Of a stretch of 64,000 bases of DNA, positions 18,993 to 28,234 are shown piece by piece. The notes below the pieces were generated by a model. The model saw only the letters and a list, made by a program, of their open reading frames with translations, did no database searches and had not been told where the DNA came from. Made by a program: the position numbers and the translations under genes. Within the stretch, counting starts at the first letter, position 1. Each line of letters opens with the position of its first letter. Source of the stretch: Thermoanaerobaculia bacterium (GTDB lineage: Bacteria; Acidobacteriota; Thermoanaerobaculia; Multivoradales; JAGPDF01); the NCBI GenBank assembly GCA_031403995.1, contig JANNGS010000036.1, positions 1,468 to 65,467 on the forward strand, written 5' to 3'.

Positions 18993-19967
18993 ATGCCAGA
19001 ATTGAACCTCGCCGAGGAGGGGCTTGAGCTCCTGTTCGGCACCCGCGACGAGCATCTGCGGCGAATCGAGACGGCCTTCGGGGTGGAGCTCTCCGCTCGC
19101 GGAAGTCATGTCTCGGTCGAGGGGGCGCCGGCGGCGGTGCAAGCCGTCTCGCGCCTCCTGGAGCAACTCTCCCGGCTGATCGAAAAGGGCTTCCAGCTGC
19201 GTTCCGAGGACGTCTCGACGGCGATCCGGGTCATCCGTGAGGCTCCGGAATCGTCCCTGGTCGAGTTCTTCTCCGGCGAGGCCGCGGTGCCGGGGGGGGG
19301 GAGCGCGGAGGCGCGCCGGATGATCTCGCCCCGCAGCCTCAATCAGAAGGCCTATGTCAAGGCGATGGCCGATCACGACATGGTGATTTCGGTCGGGCCG
19401 GCGGGGACGGGCAAGACCTACCTCGCGGTGGCGATGGCGGCCACGGCGCTCCTCGAAAAGCGGGTCAAACGGCTCGTGCTGGCGCGGCCGGCGGTCGAGG
19501 CGGGGGAGAAGCTCGGCTTCCTGCCGGGCGATCTCGCGGAGAAGGTGAATCCCTACCTCCGGCCGCTGTATGACGCGCTCTACGACATGCTGGGCTACGA
19601 AAAAGTCGGACGGATGCTGGAACGGGGCATGATCGAGGTCGCTCCGCTCGCCTTCATGCGCGGCCGGACGTTGAACGACGCCTTCGTCATCCTCGACGAG
19701 GCGCAGAACACAACGCCCGAGCAGATGAAGATGTTCCTCACTCGCATCGGTTCCAACTCGCAGGCGGTCATCACCGGCGACATCACGCAGACCGACCTGC
19801 CGAAATCGATGGTCTCCGGTCTGCGGGAGGCGATCGACGTCCTCTCGGGCGTCGAGGGGATCTGCTTCATCCACTTCGACGAGCGCGACGTGGTGCGTCA
19901 CCCTCTGGTGCAGAAGATCGTCGCCGCCTACGACCGCTACGCACGCCAGGCAGGAGCTCCCAAGTGA
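18993..19967 (+). CDS. phoH: PhoH-family ATPase
   Basis: VISVGPAGTGKTYLAVA Walker A and ILDEAQNTT Walker B. Canonical phoH-ybeY-corC neighbourhood. Contains a G10 homopolymer at 19292-19301. Confidence 0.85.
   Translation: MPELNLAEEGLELLFGTRDEHLRRIETAFGVELSARGSHVSVEGAPAAVQAVSRLLEQLSRLIEKGFQLRSEDVSTAIRVIREAPESSLVEFFSGEAAVPGGGSAEARRMISPRSLNQKAYVKAMADHDMVISVGPAGTGKTYLAVAMAATALLEKRVKRLVLARPAVEAGEKLGFLPGDLAEKVNPYLRPLYDALYDMLGYEKVGRMLERGMIEVAPLAFMRGRTLNDAFVILDEAQNTTPEQMKMFLTRIGSNSQAVITGDITQTDLPKSMVSGLREAIDVLSGVEGICFIHFDERDVVRHPLVQKIVAAYDRYARQAGAPK
19292..19301. repeat. G10 homopolymer tract inside phoH
   Basis: cggggggggggag, encoding PGGGS. Longest mononucleotide G run noticed in this window. 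Confidence 0.6.
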
Positions 19968-20389
19968 GCCTCGAAGTGGCGTTGTCGGGTGCTTCGAGGT
20001 GGAAGGCGCTGCAGGCGTCGGGACTTTCGATCTGGATGGAGGAACTGGTCGCCGAGCTGGCGCCGGAGTTCGACAGCGTCGGCGTCCGTTTCGCCGGGGA
20101 TCAAACCGTCCGTCGCCTGAATCGCGACTTTCGCGGCAAGGACAAGACGACCGACGTGCTCTCCTTTCCTGGCGAGGAGTCGCCGGAGGGCCGGCATCTG
20201 GGCGACATCGTGATCTCAGTCCCGACCGCCGGGCGCCAGGCCGCGAGCCGCGGTGCGGCTCTCGAGCAGGAGATCAAGCTCCTGCTGCTCCACGGTGTCC
20301 TGCACTGCCTCGGACACGATCACGAGACCGACAAGGGTGAGATGGAGAGGCTCGAGGGGCGACTGCGTCGCCGCTGGTTGAAACGCTGA
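19964..20389 (+). CDS. ybeY: rRNA maturation endoribonuclease YbeY
   Basis: HGVLHCLGHDHE zinc-binding motif. GTG start within a GTGA overlap with the phoH stop. Confidence 0.85.
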   Translation: MSLEVALSGASRWKALQASGLSIWMEELVAELAPEFDSVGVRFAGDQTVRRLNRDFRGKDKTTDVLSFPGEESPEGRHLGDIVISVPTAGRQAASRGAALEQEIKLLLLHGVLHCLGHDHETDKGEMERLEGRLRRRWLKR

Positions 20390-21651
20390 TGGCCGATTCT
20401 CCCGCGCCCTATCTCTGGCTGGCCGCGATCCTCCTCGGACTGCTGCCGTTGCTGTCGCTCGCCACCGCGCTTCTCGAGCGCTCCGGACCGATACGCATGC
20501 GCCATTGGGTGGAGGAGACCGGCGGGAACTTGCGCCAGCTCTGGGAGGACCCGGCCCGATTCGGCCTCTACCGGGTCCTGCTCAATCTCTCCGCCAAGCT
20601 CGTTCCACTCGGGCTCTGCCTAGCCCTCGGCAGGGCCGGAGAGCGCTTCGGATTGGCTCGCCCTTTCATCTACGGCGTCACGGCGGTCGCCGTGGTCGTT
20701 ACGCTTTCCGAGATTGCCGGGCGGCGGATGTTGCGCCGCGGCCCGGAGAGCGCGCTCGCTGGACTGACCTGGATCTACCGCTCGGCCTACTTCGTCTTCC
20801 TGCCGGTGATCGCGCTCCTCGGTCCTCTCCTTGGCGCGCCGCGCGACCTGCTCGATGACCGGGCCGAGGACGACGAGGCGTCGGAAGAGGAGGTCGAGGC
20901 GTTCATCGCGGTCGGGACGCAGGAAGGGATCCTCGAACCGGAGGATCGCGACCTGGTCTGGGGGATCGTCGATTTCGGCGACACCCAGGCGCGCAGCGTG
21001 ATGACACCGCGGGTCGACATGGTCTGCGGGAGGATGTCGGACTCGCTCGACCGGCTGGCCGAGATTTTCACCGAGTCGGAGTACTCGCGCCTGCCGCTCT
21101 ACCGCGACTCGGTCGACCAGATCGTCGCCATCCTGCACCTGCGCGACCTGTTCCATGCCCTGCGCTCGGAGCCGCATCCGGACCTCGAGAGCATCGTGCA
21201 GACGCCCTACTTCATTCCCGGAACGAAACACCTGGGCGAGCTCCTGAAGGAGTTGCAGGCGCGGCGCCAGCAGATCGCGATCGTGCTCAACGAGTTCGGC
21301 GGCACCGAGGGCCTGGTGACGATCGAGGACGTCGTCGAAGAGATCGTCGGGGAGATCGCCGACGAGCACGACGACGAGCCGCCGGAGAACCGCCTGCTCG
21401 AAGACGGCAGCCTCATTCTCGACGGCCGCGCGGCGCTCGATACGCTGGACGATTTCTTCGGCGTGACGCCTCTCGAGGACGGCTACGAAACGGTCGGCGG
21501 CCTGCTCTCCGGCATCTCGGGGCAGGTTCCGGCGGCAGGGACGACGCTCTTCCACTCCGGCCTGCAGTTCGACGTCGAAAAGGCCGACGATCGCCGCGTG
21601 CTCGCGGTGCGCGTGCGGCGTCCCGGCATCCAGGAGATACCCATTGGCTAA
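20389..21651 (+). CDS. CNNM/CorC-type hemolysin-family protein (DUF21, tandem CBS, CorC_HlyC)
   Basis: N-terminal 4-TM DUF21, then CBS pair, then the C-terminal transporter-associated domain. Start overlaps the ybeY stop. Confidence 0.8.
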   Translation: MADSPAPYLWLAAILLGLLPLLSLATALLERSGPIRMRHWVEETGGNLRQLWEDPARFGLYRVLLNLSAKLVPLGLCLALGRAGERFGLARPFIYGVTAVAVVVTLSEIAGRRMLRRGPESALAGLTWIYRSAYFVFLPVIALLGPLLGAPRDLLDDRAEDDEASEEEVEAFIAVGTQEGILEPEDRDLVWGIVDFGDTQARSVMTPRVDMVCGRMSDSLDRLAEIFTESEYSRLPLYRDSVDQIVAILHLRDLFHALRSEPHPDLESIVQTPYFIPGTKHLGELLKELQARRQQIAIVLNEFGGTEGLVTIEDVVEEIVGEIADEHDDEPPENRLLEDGSLILDGRAALDTLDDFFGVTPLEDGYETVGGLLSGISGQVPAAGTTLFHSGLQFDVEKADDRRVLAVRVRRPGIQEIPIG

Positions 21652-22636
21652 GGCAGGCACCGTCGCGCTGGTCGGGCGGCCGAACGCAGGCAAGTCGACG
21701 CTCTCGAACCGCCTGTTGGGCGAGCGCCTTTCGATCGTTTCGGACAAGCCGCAGACGACCCGCCACCGGATCGTCGGAATCCTCACCCGGGAAGAGGGGC
21801 AGATCGTCTTCTACGACACCCCCGGCATCCATCGTCCGATGCACCGGATGAACCGCGAGATGGTGCGCGAGGCGGCGGACGCGCTCGGCGAGGCCGACAT
21901 CGTCTGCCTGCTGACCGACATCTCGCAGCCGTTCGGCAAGGGCGAGGCGTTCCTGCTCGACCTGGTCGCGAAAGCGAAGCAGCCGAAGATAGCTCTCCTC
22001 AACAAGATCGACCTGGTGAAGAAGAACAAGCTCCTGCCGATCCTCGAACGCTACGGCAAGGAGGGGATTTTCGACGCCGTCATCCCGATCTCGGCGGAGA
22101 CCGGCGACGGCTGCGAGAGCCTGCTCAAAGAGCTCTGGAAGATGCTCCCGGAGGGCGAGCCGCTCTACGACAAGGAGCTGCTGACGATCCACCCCGAGCG
22201 CTTCCTGGTCGCCGAGCGCATCCGCGAGAAGATCCTCCGCGAGACGCGGAACGAGCTACCGTTCTCGACCGCCGTGCTGCTCGAGCGCTGGGAGGACCCG
22301 GGTCCGGGTAAGGCCTTGCGCATCCACGCCGCCCTCCTCGTCGAGCGCGAGTCGCAGAAGAAGATCCTCATCGGCCACCGCGGCGACATGGTGAAGACCA
22401 TCGGCACGGCGGCCCGCCACGACCTCGAGGAGTTCCTCGGCCGCAAAGTCTTCCTCGACCTGCGCGTTCGCACCGAGGAAGACTGGCGCGAAAATCCCCG
22501 CATCATCGCCGACATCAAGCGCGACCTCCACGCCGGCACCACCCTCGACGTCGACGACCTGAACGACGCGGCAGACGACGCCGACGAGGCCGACAGTCTC
22601 GAACAGATGCTCGGCGACCTCGACAAGAACGACTGA
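21644..22636 (+). CDS. era: GTPase Era
   Basis: G1 GRPNAGKST, G3 DTPG, G4 NKID, and a C-terminal KH domain. TTG start overlapping the corC end. Confidence 0.85.
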   Translation: MAKAGTVALVGRPNAGKSTLSNRLLGERLSIVSDKPQTTRHRIVGILTREEGQIVFYDTPGIHRPMHRMNREMVREAADALGEADIVCLLTDISQPFGKGEAFLLDLVAKAKQPKIALLNKIDLVKKNKLLPILERYGKEGIFDAVIPISAETGDGCESLLKELWKMLPEGEPLYDKELLTIHPERFLVAERIREKILRETRNELPFSTAVLLERWEDPGPGKALRIHAALLVERESQKKILIGHRGDMVKTIGTAARHDLEEFLGRKVFLDLRVRTEEDWRENPRIIADIKRDLHAGTTLDVDDLNDAADDADEADSLEQMLGDLDKND

Positions 22637-22637
22637 G

Positions 22638-23264
22638 CTAGCCGGAGTCGAGCGCTGCGGCGAGGATCGGCTTCGCCCAAGTCGGCACGTTGCCGAGGGG
22701 CGCATGCCGCGATACTTTTCCGTGTTGGCTGTGCAGCAGGAGGAGCGGTGCGGGCCGCGCGCCTTGCGCTGGGTCGGCTTCGAGGCTGTTGTCGTAGACG
22801 TAGAGCGCCGCGAGGTGGGGAAGCAGGCGGACAAGGTTCGCGCGGCTGGTGGTGAAGCGCTGGCGGATCTTCGCTTCGGGGATGTCGTGACCGCCGGCCG
22901 CGACGCGACGTCGAACGCGCTCCATGTGGAGCTCTGGCGAAGCGAGCCCGACGAAGGAGAGATGAATCCCGGCGCCCTGCGCGGCGCCGGCCAAGAGCAG
23001 CTCGCAGATCGTCCTTCCTCCCAGGGTTGTTTCGAAGGCGAAGAACTCCCCTCGCAGGAGAGCGCGCTCGAGGCGGCTACGGCCGATTTCCCAGGCCAGA
23101 GCGTTGGCTTCGACGGCGGCGAGGCCAGGGTTGGCGGCGAGGAGCTGGCGTGCGGCGGCGTCGGGATCGAAGAACTCGCCGCCCTCTGCGCGAATCGCGG
23201 CGCCCGCGACGCTGCTCTTGCCGGCCCCGTTGACCCCGGCGAGGACGACGATGCTTGCTGGCAT
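22638..23264 (-). CDS. Zeta-toxin-like / AAA_33-like P-loop kinase, putative toxin
   Basis: Walker A LAGVNGAGKSS near the N-terminus. Size (~208 aa) and fold are consistent with zeta/PezT-like small-molecule kinases. Start overlaps the stop of the upstream Phd-like gene by 1 nt (TAATG). Confidence 0.6.
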   Translation of the reverse strand: MPASIVVLAGVNGAGKSSVAGAAIRAEGGEFFDPDAAARQLLAANPGLAAVEANALAWEIGRSRLERALLRGEFFAFETTLGGRTICELLLAGAAQGAGIHLSFVGLASPELHMERVRRRVAAGGHDIPEAKIRQRFTTSRANLVRLLPHLAALYVYDNSLEADPAQGARPAPLLLLHSQHGKVSRHAPLGNVPTWAKPILAAALDSG

Positions 23265-23632
23265 TACCCGCGGCGGCGCGAATGTGCTTTGGCCGGCCGA
23301 GGGCTTGGAGTGGCGGACCGCTGAAGGTCCAGCGCGGCGATGGTCCTGTCCGCGACTCCGGGCGCCTGTATGCGGGCGTAGAGATCGTCGAAGCGAGCGG
23401 TCAGGAGGTCGAGGTTGGGAGTGCCCGCCCGCTCCAGCTCCAGGTAGCGCTCGATCGACATCAGCACCATCACCGGCTCGTCGTGTTTGGTGATCACCAC
23501 CGCGCCGCGCTGCATCACCTCGCGCGTGACGGCACCGACAGAGGTCGCGAGCTCGGTCGAGGAGAACGGCGGCAATCCGCTGACCGCTGTCCGGGCCGTT
23601 TCGGACTGTCGAACTTCAGTCTCTGGGCGCAT
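23264..23632 (-). CDS. Phd/YefM-like antitoxin with C-terminal extension
   Basis: VVITKHDEPVMVLMSIERYLELE matches the prevent-host-death antitoxin core. Strong SD (AGGAGGA) upstream of the ATG at 23632. Confidence 0.55.
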   Translation of the reverse strand: MRPETEVRQSETARTAVSGLPPFSSTELATSVGAVTREVMQRGAVVITKHDEPVMVLMSIERYLELERAGTPNLDLLTARFDDLYARIQAPGVADRTIAALDLQRSATPSPRPAKAHSRRRG

Positions 23633-23650
23633 GGGTATCCTCCTGATCCG

Positions 23651-23700
23651 GAAGGAGAATAGACTAAATACATAAAGTCTGCAAAATACAGAACGTCAGC
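23651..23700 (-). promoter_or_regulatory. Putative sigma70-like promoter (TTGCAG-N17-TATTCT on minus strand) with an inverted-repeat operator AGACT-N10-AGTCT (23661-23680) for the Phd/zeta operon
   Basis: Locally AT-rich 81-bp intergenic region. The palindrome sits between the -35-like and -10-like hexamers. The SD and ATG follow within ~25 nt. Confidence 0.35.
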
Positions 23701-23713
23701 GACCGCTGCCTGC

Positions 23714-25030
23714 TCAGGGCACCCGGTTCTCCGCCACGAGCTTGCGGACCATGGCAATGTTGTCGCGGTGGCCGGTGAGGTGGGCGCGGACGCGGCCGCG
23801 GAGGGGGTAGCCCAGGAGATAGAGGTCGCCGATGATGTCGAGGATCTTGTGGCGGACGAACTCGTCGGGGAAGCGCAGTTCGGTGTTCACCACGTGGTCT
23901 TCGCCGACCAGGATGAAGTTGTCGAGCCTACCGCCTGAGCCCAGTCCCAGCTCGTTCATCATCTTGAGGTCGCGCAGGAAGCCGAAGGTCCGCGCCGGAG
24001 CGATCGCCTGCTTGTACGCCGCGAAGCTGGTGAGCTCGAAGTCGAAGAACTGCTCGCCGATCGGCGGCGGGTAGCGCAGGAGATAGGAGACCGCGAAGCC
24101 GTCGAACGGCTCGATGGTCAGCATCTTCTCGCCTGAGCCGACCTCGTATTTCCTGTCGACGACGAACTCGAGGCGCGTCTCGCCCTGCTCCTCGACGCCG
24201 ATCTCTTCGATGGTGCGGCAGAACTCGGCGGCCGAGCCGTCGAGCACCGGCACCTCGCCATGCACCTTGACCAGCAGATTCGTGATTCCAGAGGCGTGGA
24301 GGGCCGAGAGCAGATGTTCCACCGTCTTGATCGTCGAGCCGTTCAGCCCCAGCGTCGTGGCGTAGTCGGTATCGCCGACCGCCGAGACGTGCGCCGGGAT
24401 CGACTCCCCGGAAGGCATCGAGTGGAAATGGATGCCCGAACCTGCCGGCAGCGGCTGCAGCACCATGCCGGTGCGCCCGCCGGAGTGGAGCCCCAGGCCA
24501 TAGAGCACCGTGTTCTGGCGCAGCGTCCGCTGCGGCGTCCGGCTGCGCTCGAGGTGGAGCAGGGGAGGAATCGTCGTGCGCCGGGGCTCCGGATGGACGG
24601 AGAATCCGCCAGACTCCTCGGGCATGGCTCCGGCGACGCCCGCGGTGCCTGCAGAGCGGGCCGTGTGATGGGCGAGCCCGGCGCGGGCCGCGGCCATCAC
24701 CTGCTCGTACGAGAGCGGCTTCTCGAGGTAGTCGAACGCCCCCATCTTGATCGCCCGCACCGCGGTCACCGCCGTGCCATGTCCGGAGATCATGATGATC
24801 GTCGCTCGCGGATCGAACTCGCGCAGGGTCTGCAGGGTCTCGAGACCGTCGCGGTCCGGGAGCCAGACGTCGAGGAAGACGATCTCGGGCTTGCGAGTGG
24901 CGTAGAGATCGAGCGCTTCGGTGCCGCTCGGGGTGGTGGCGACCTCGAATCCGTTGTCGGCGAGGATGCCGCCCAGGGTCGCGAGGATGCCGGCTTCGTC
25001 GTCGACGATGAGGACCAATGGACGAGTCAT
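23714..25030 (-). CDS. lpxC: Response-regulator receiver domain fused to UDP-3-O-acyl-N-acetylglucosamine deacetylase (REC-LpxC)
   Basis: N-terminal REC (LVLIVDDEAG...IVFLDVWLPDRDGLETL...IMISGHG...KMGAFDYLEKP). C-terminal LpxC motifs (GLGLHSGG...HLLSALHASGI...FVRHKILDIIGDLYLLGYPLRG...TGHRDN), including HKxxD and the His ligands. ATG at 25030. The ORF's TTG at 25063 is less likely. Confidence 0.8.
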   Translation of the reverse strand: MTRPLVLIVDDEAGILATLGGILADNGFEVATTPSGTEALDLYATRKPEIVFLDVWLPDRDGLETLQTLREFDPRATIIMISGHGTAVTAVRAIKMGAFDYLEKPLSYEQVMAAARAGLAHHTARSAGTAGVAGAMPEESGGFSVHPEPRRTTIPPLLHLERSRTPQRTLRQNTVLYGLGLHSGGRTGMVLQPLPAGSGIHFHSMPSGESIPAHVSAVGDTDYATTLGLNGSTIKTVEHLLSALHASGITNLLVKVHGEVPVLDGSAAEFCRTIEEIGVEEQGETRLEFVVDRKYEVGSGEKMLTIEPFDGFAVSYLLRYPPPIGEQFFDFELTSFAAYKQAIAPARTFGFLRDLKMMNELGLGSGGRLDNFILVGEDHVVNTELRFPDEFVRHKILDIIGDLYLLGYPLRGRVRAHLTGHRDNIAMVRKLVAENRVP

Positions 25031-25086
25031 CGGAGGGCAGTTTACCGCGCCTGGCGGCCGCAAGTCGCTGTGCTACATTCGCGGCC

Positions 25087-26478
25087 GTGGACGTCGCCGC
25101 TTCCCATGAACCGCCCCGGCGCCAGCTTCTCGCGGATACGCTGAGGAAGTTCCAGGAGCGCGGCGCCGAGGTCAACATCTCGCGGCTCCTCGGCCGGGTG
25201 CGGCCGGAGGATGTCGCGCTGCTTCTCGTCGACCTGGAGAGCGCCAAGCGCCGCCAGGTCTTCGACATCCTGAGCGCCGACTTTCCCGAGGCGGCCGGCG
25301 ACGTCCTCACCGAAATGGCGCCGGCGCAGCGCCTCGAGTTGCTGGAGAACCTGCCGCCTGAGCGCACCGCCCGTTTGCTCGAGAGGCTGCCGGTCGATGA
25401 CGCCGTCTTCGTCCTCGAGGCGCTGCCCACTGACCTTCATGACCGCCTGCTCGAGCTGGTCGATCTCTCCGGCCGGTCGGAGATGCAGACCCATCTCGCC
25501 TACCGCGAGGGCAGCGCGGGCCGGATCATGGATCCCGAGTTTTTCGCCCAGGCCGAGGGCGAGACCGTCCAGGCGGCCATCGCCGCGATCCAGCAGAAGC
25601 GCGACCTCGAGATGATCTTCTACCTCTATGTCGTCGATCGCGACGCCCATCTCGTCGGAGTGACGTCGCTGCGCCAGCTGCTGCTCTCGCGACCGGCGCA
25701 GACGCTGGGCGAGATCATGCAGAAGTCGCTGATCAAGGTCCACGTCGACACCGACCAGGAAGAGGTCGCGGCCCAGGCCGCGCGCTACGACCTGCTGGCG
25801 GTGCCGGTGGTCGACGATCAGAACCGGCTGGTCGGCATCATCACGGTTGACGACATCATCGATGTCGTCAAAGAGGAGGCCAACGAAGACCTCTTCAAGC
25901 TGGCGGGCTCCTCCGACGACGAGTTGCTTTACGAGCAGCGTTCATTGCGAATCGCCGGCCTTCGCCTGCCCTCCCTGATGCTGAGCCTCGTCGGCCTGCT
26001 CGCGGTGGGGCTGGTGTTGCAGTATTTCCAGCTCCAGTTTCCCGACGCCCTGATCCTGCTCGCTTTCGCGCCGGTTATCATGGGATTGAGCGGATCGATC
26101 GGGAGTCAGACCTCTACCGTCGCCGTACGCGGGCTCTCGACCGGCCGGCTCGAGGCCGGAGATGGAAGGCTCGTGGCGTTCTTCATCCGCCAGCTCCGCG
26201 TGGCGGTCCTCCTCGGGCTCGCCTGCGGAATCCTCGTCGGCGGGGCCGGGCTGCTGCTGCGCCAGAGCGCGCTTTTCGGCCTGATTGTCGGCCTCTCGCT
26301 CTTCCTGGCGATCCTGGTCGCGGCCGCCATGGGCGTGCTCCTCCCGCTGGCTCTCGAGCGTCTGGGGTTCGACCCGGCGGTCGCCTCCGGTCCGGTGCTC
26401 TCGACCGCCAACGACATGACCGGCATCCTGATCTATTTCGGCGTTGCCGCCGCGCTCCTGCGCCACCTCACGCCCTGA
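25087..26478 (+). CDS. mgtE: Magnesium transporter MgtE (copy 2); start uncertain (GTG 25087 or ATG 25018)
   Basis: MgtE_N, two CBS domains, C-terminal TM domain with GLSGSIGSQTSTVAVRGLSTG. ATG 25018 would overlap the divergent REC-lpxC start by 13 nt. Confidence 0.8.
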   Translation: MDVAASHEPPRRQLLADTLRKFQERGAEVNISRLLGRVRPEDVALLLVDLESAKRRQVFDILSADFPEAAGDVLTEMAPAQRLELLENLPPERTARLLERLPVDDAVFVLEALPTDLHDRLLELVDLSGRSEMQTHLAYREGSAGRIMDPEFFAQAEGETVQAAIAAIQQKRDLEMIFYLYVVDRDAHLVGVTSLRQLLLSRPAQTLGEIMQKSLIKVHVDTDQEEVAAQAARYDLLAVPVVDDQNRLVGIITVDDIIDVVKEEANEDLFKLAGSSDDELLYEQRSLRIAGLRLPSLMLSLVGLLAVGLVLQYFQLQFPDALILLAFAPVIMGLSGSIGSQTSTVAVRGLSTGRLEAGDGRLVAFFIRQLRVAVLLGLACGILVGGAGLLLRQSALFGLIVGLSLFLAILVAAAMGVLLPLALERLGFDPAVASGPVLSTANDMTGILIYFGVAAALLRHLTP

Positions 26479-26506
26479 CCGGGGCACCCCGCGATAAGCT
26501 GGGCCG

Positions 26507-27268
26507 GTGAAGATCCACCAGGCCGAGGCGCTGATTCTCGAGGTTTCGGACCTTGCCGAAGCCGACCGGATCGTGGCCTTCCTCACTCGCGAGGAGGGAA
26601 AGCTCCGCGGCGTGGCGCGCGGCGCGAAACGCCGTTTCAGCCGCTTCGCTGGTGAGTTGCAGCCCCTCGCCAAGGCGCGCATCGGCTGGGTCGAGAAGGA
26701 GGGTCGCGATCTCGTGCGCATCAGCGCGGTCGAGCTCGTTCGCCCGGTGAAAGTTCTGCACCTGGATCTCGAAGGGATCCTCCTCGGAGCGACCATCGCC
26801 GAGCAGGTGGCGCTCTTCGCGCAGGAAGGGGAGCCGGCGGAGGTTCTGTACCGGCTGCTCGACGCTACGGTCGAGGCGCTCGAGGCGGGCCGCGACCGCG
26901 ATCTCGTCGCGCGCTATTTCGAGAGCTGGTTGCTGCGCACGGCAGGAATCTTTCCGTCGCCGGTGGAGTGTCCGTCGTGCGGCCGCGAGCTCGAAGGCGG
27001 GGCGGCGATCCTCGCCAGCGGGGAGGGGCTGATCTGCCGCGACTGCGCGCGTGCCGCGCAGGGCGGCGCCCCGGTCTCCGCTGCTGCGGTCGCCTTCTGG
27101 CGCCGGATCGGCCGCGAGAACATCGAGGCGATGGCAGCCAACCCTCCGTCGCCGGCCGTACTGGCGGAGGTTGCCTCGACGATCGGGCGCATCCGCCGTC
27201 ATTTTCTGCAGCATGAAGTCCGCAGTCTCACGGTCATGGAACGTACGCTCGCCGGGCTCGAGCGCTAG
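26507..27268 (+). CDS. recO: DNA repair protein RecO
   Basis: N-terminal OB-fold region and a C-terminal Cys4 zinc motif (CPSCGREL...CRDC). GTG start. Confidence 0.8.
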   Translation: MKIHQAEALILEVSDLAEADRIVAFLTREEGKLRGVARGAKRRFSRFAGELQPLAKARIGWVEKEGRDLVRISAVELVRPVKVLHLDLEGILLGATIAEQVALFAQEGEPAEVLYRLLDATVEALEAGRDRDLVARYFESWLLRTAGIFPSPVECPSCGRELEGGAAILASGEGLICRDCARAAQGGAPVSAAAVAFWRRIGRENIEAMAANPPSPAVLAEVASTIGRIRRHFLQHEVRSLTVMERTLAGLER

Positions 27269-27300
27269 GCAAGAGTGAGTCAGAGAGAGGAATCGTCTGG

Positions 27301-28230
27301 ATGAAGAGCTTTCAGGAGTTGATACTTGCGCTGTCGGACTACTGGGCCGGGCAAGGATGCGTCCTGCAACAGCCCTACGATCTCGAGGTCGGTGCCGGAA
27401 CGATGCATCCGGACACTTTTCTGCGCGTGCTGGGGCCGGAGCCCTGGCGGGTAGCCTACGTGCAACCGTCGCGCCGCCCGGCCGACGGCCGCTACGGCGA
27501 CAATCCGTTCCGGCTCTACAAGCACAATCAGTTCCAGGTCATTCTCAAGCCGTCGCCGCTCGACGTGCAGCAGCTCTACGTCAAGAGCCTCGAGGCGATG
27601 GGCGTCGATCTCGCGGTCCACGACCTGCGCTTCGAGGAGGACAACTGGGAGGCGCCGACGCTCGGCGCCTGGGGGGTCGGCTGGCAGGTAATGCTCGACG
27701 GCATGGAGATCTCGCAGTTCACCTACTTCCAGCAGGCGGGGGGAATCGAGCTCGCGCCGATCTCCTGCGAGCTCACCTACGGCCTGGAGCGCATCACGAT
27801 GTTCCTCGGCCTCGAGAAGTCGATCTACGACATCCGCTGGGTTCCGGACGGGGTCACCTACGGCCAGGTGCGCTGGCAGGACGAGCACGAGTTCTCGAAG
27901 TACAACTTCGAGATCGCCGACGTCGACTTCCTGCGCCGCCAGTTCGACGGCTACGAGAACGAGTCGCGGCGCTGCCTCGCGGCGGGAATCGTGCTTCCGG
28001 CCTACGAGTGCGCGCTCAAATGCTCGCACCTGTTCAATCTTCTGGATGCGCGGGGCGCAGTTTCGGTGACTGAGCGCGTCGGCGTCATGAAGCGGGTGCG
28101 CGACCTCGCAATCGCCTGCGCCAAGGAGTACCTGGCGAGCCGCGAGCGCTTGGGCTTCCCGCTGTTACCCAAGGGACCGGGCGGCGCGGCATCGGCGGGT
28201 GCCGCGGCGGCAGAGGTGGCCCGTGGATAG
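27301..28230 (+). CDS. glyQ: Glycine--tRNA ligase alpha subunit
   Basis: Highly conserved GlyQ sequence ([49 protein letters not shown]...). Confidence 0.9.
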   Translation: MKSFQELILALSDYWAGQGCVLQQPYDLEVGAGTMHPDTFLRVLGPEPWRVAYVQPSRRPADGRYGDNPFRLYKHNQFQVILKPSPLDVQQLYVKSLEAMGVDLAVHDLRFEEDNWEAPTLGAWGVGWQVMLDGMEISQFTYFQQAGGIELAPISCELTYGLERITMFLGLEKSIYDIRWVPDGVTYGQVRWQDEHEFSKYNFEIADVDFLRRQFDGYENESRRCLAAGIVLPAYECALKCSHLFNLLDARGAVSVTERVGVMKRVRDLAIACAKEYLASRERLGFPLLPKGPGGAASAGAAAAEVARG

Positions 28231-28234
28231 CGCG

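Noticed and set aside
23928-25430. 500-aa minus-strand ORF overlapping REC-lpxC in another frame
   Set aside because: Arg/Pro-rich junk translation. The lpxC frame carries all catalytic motifs.
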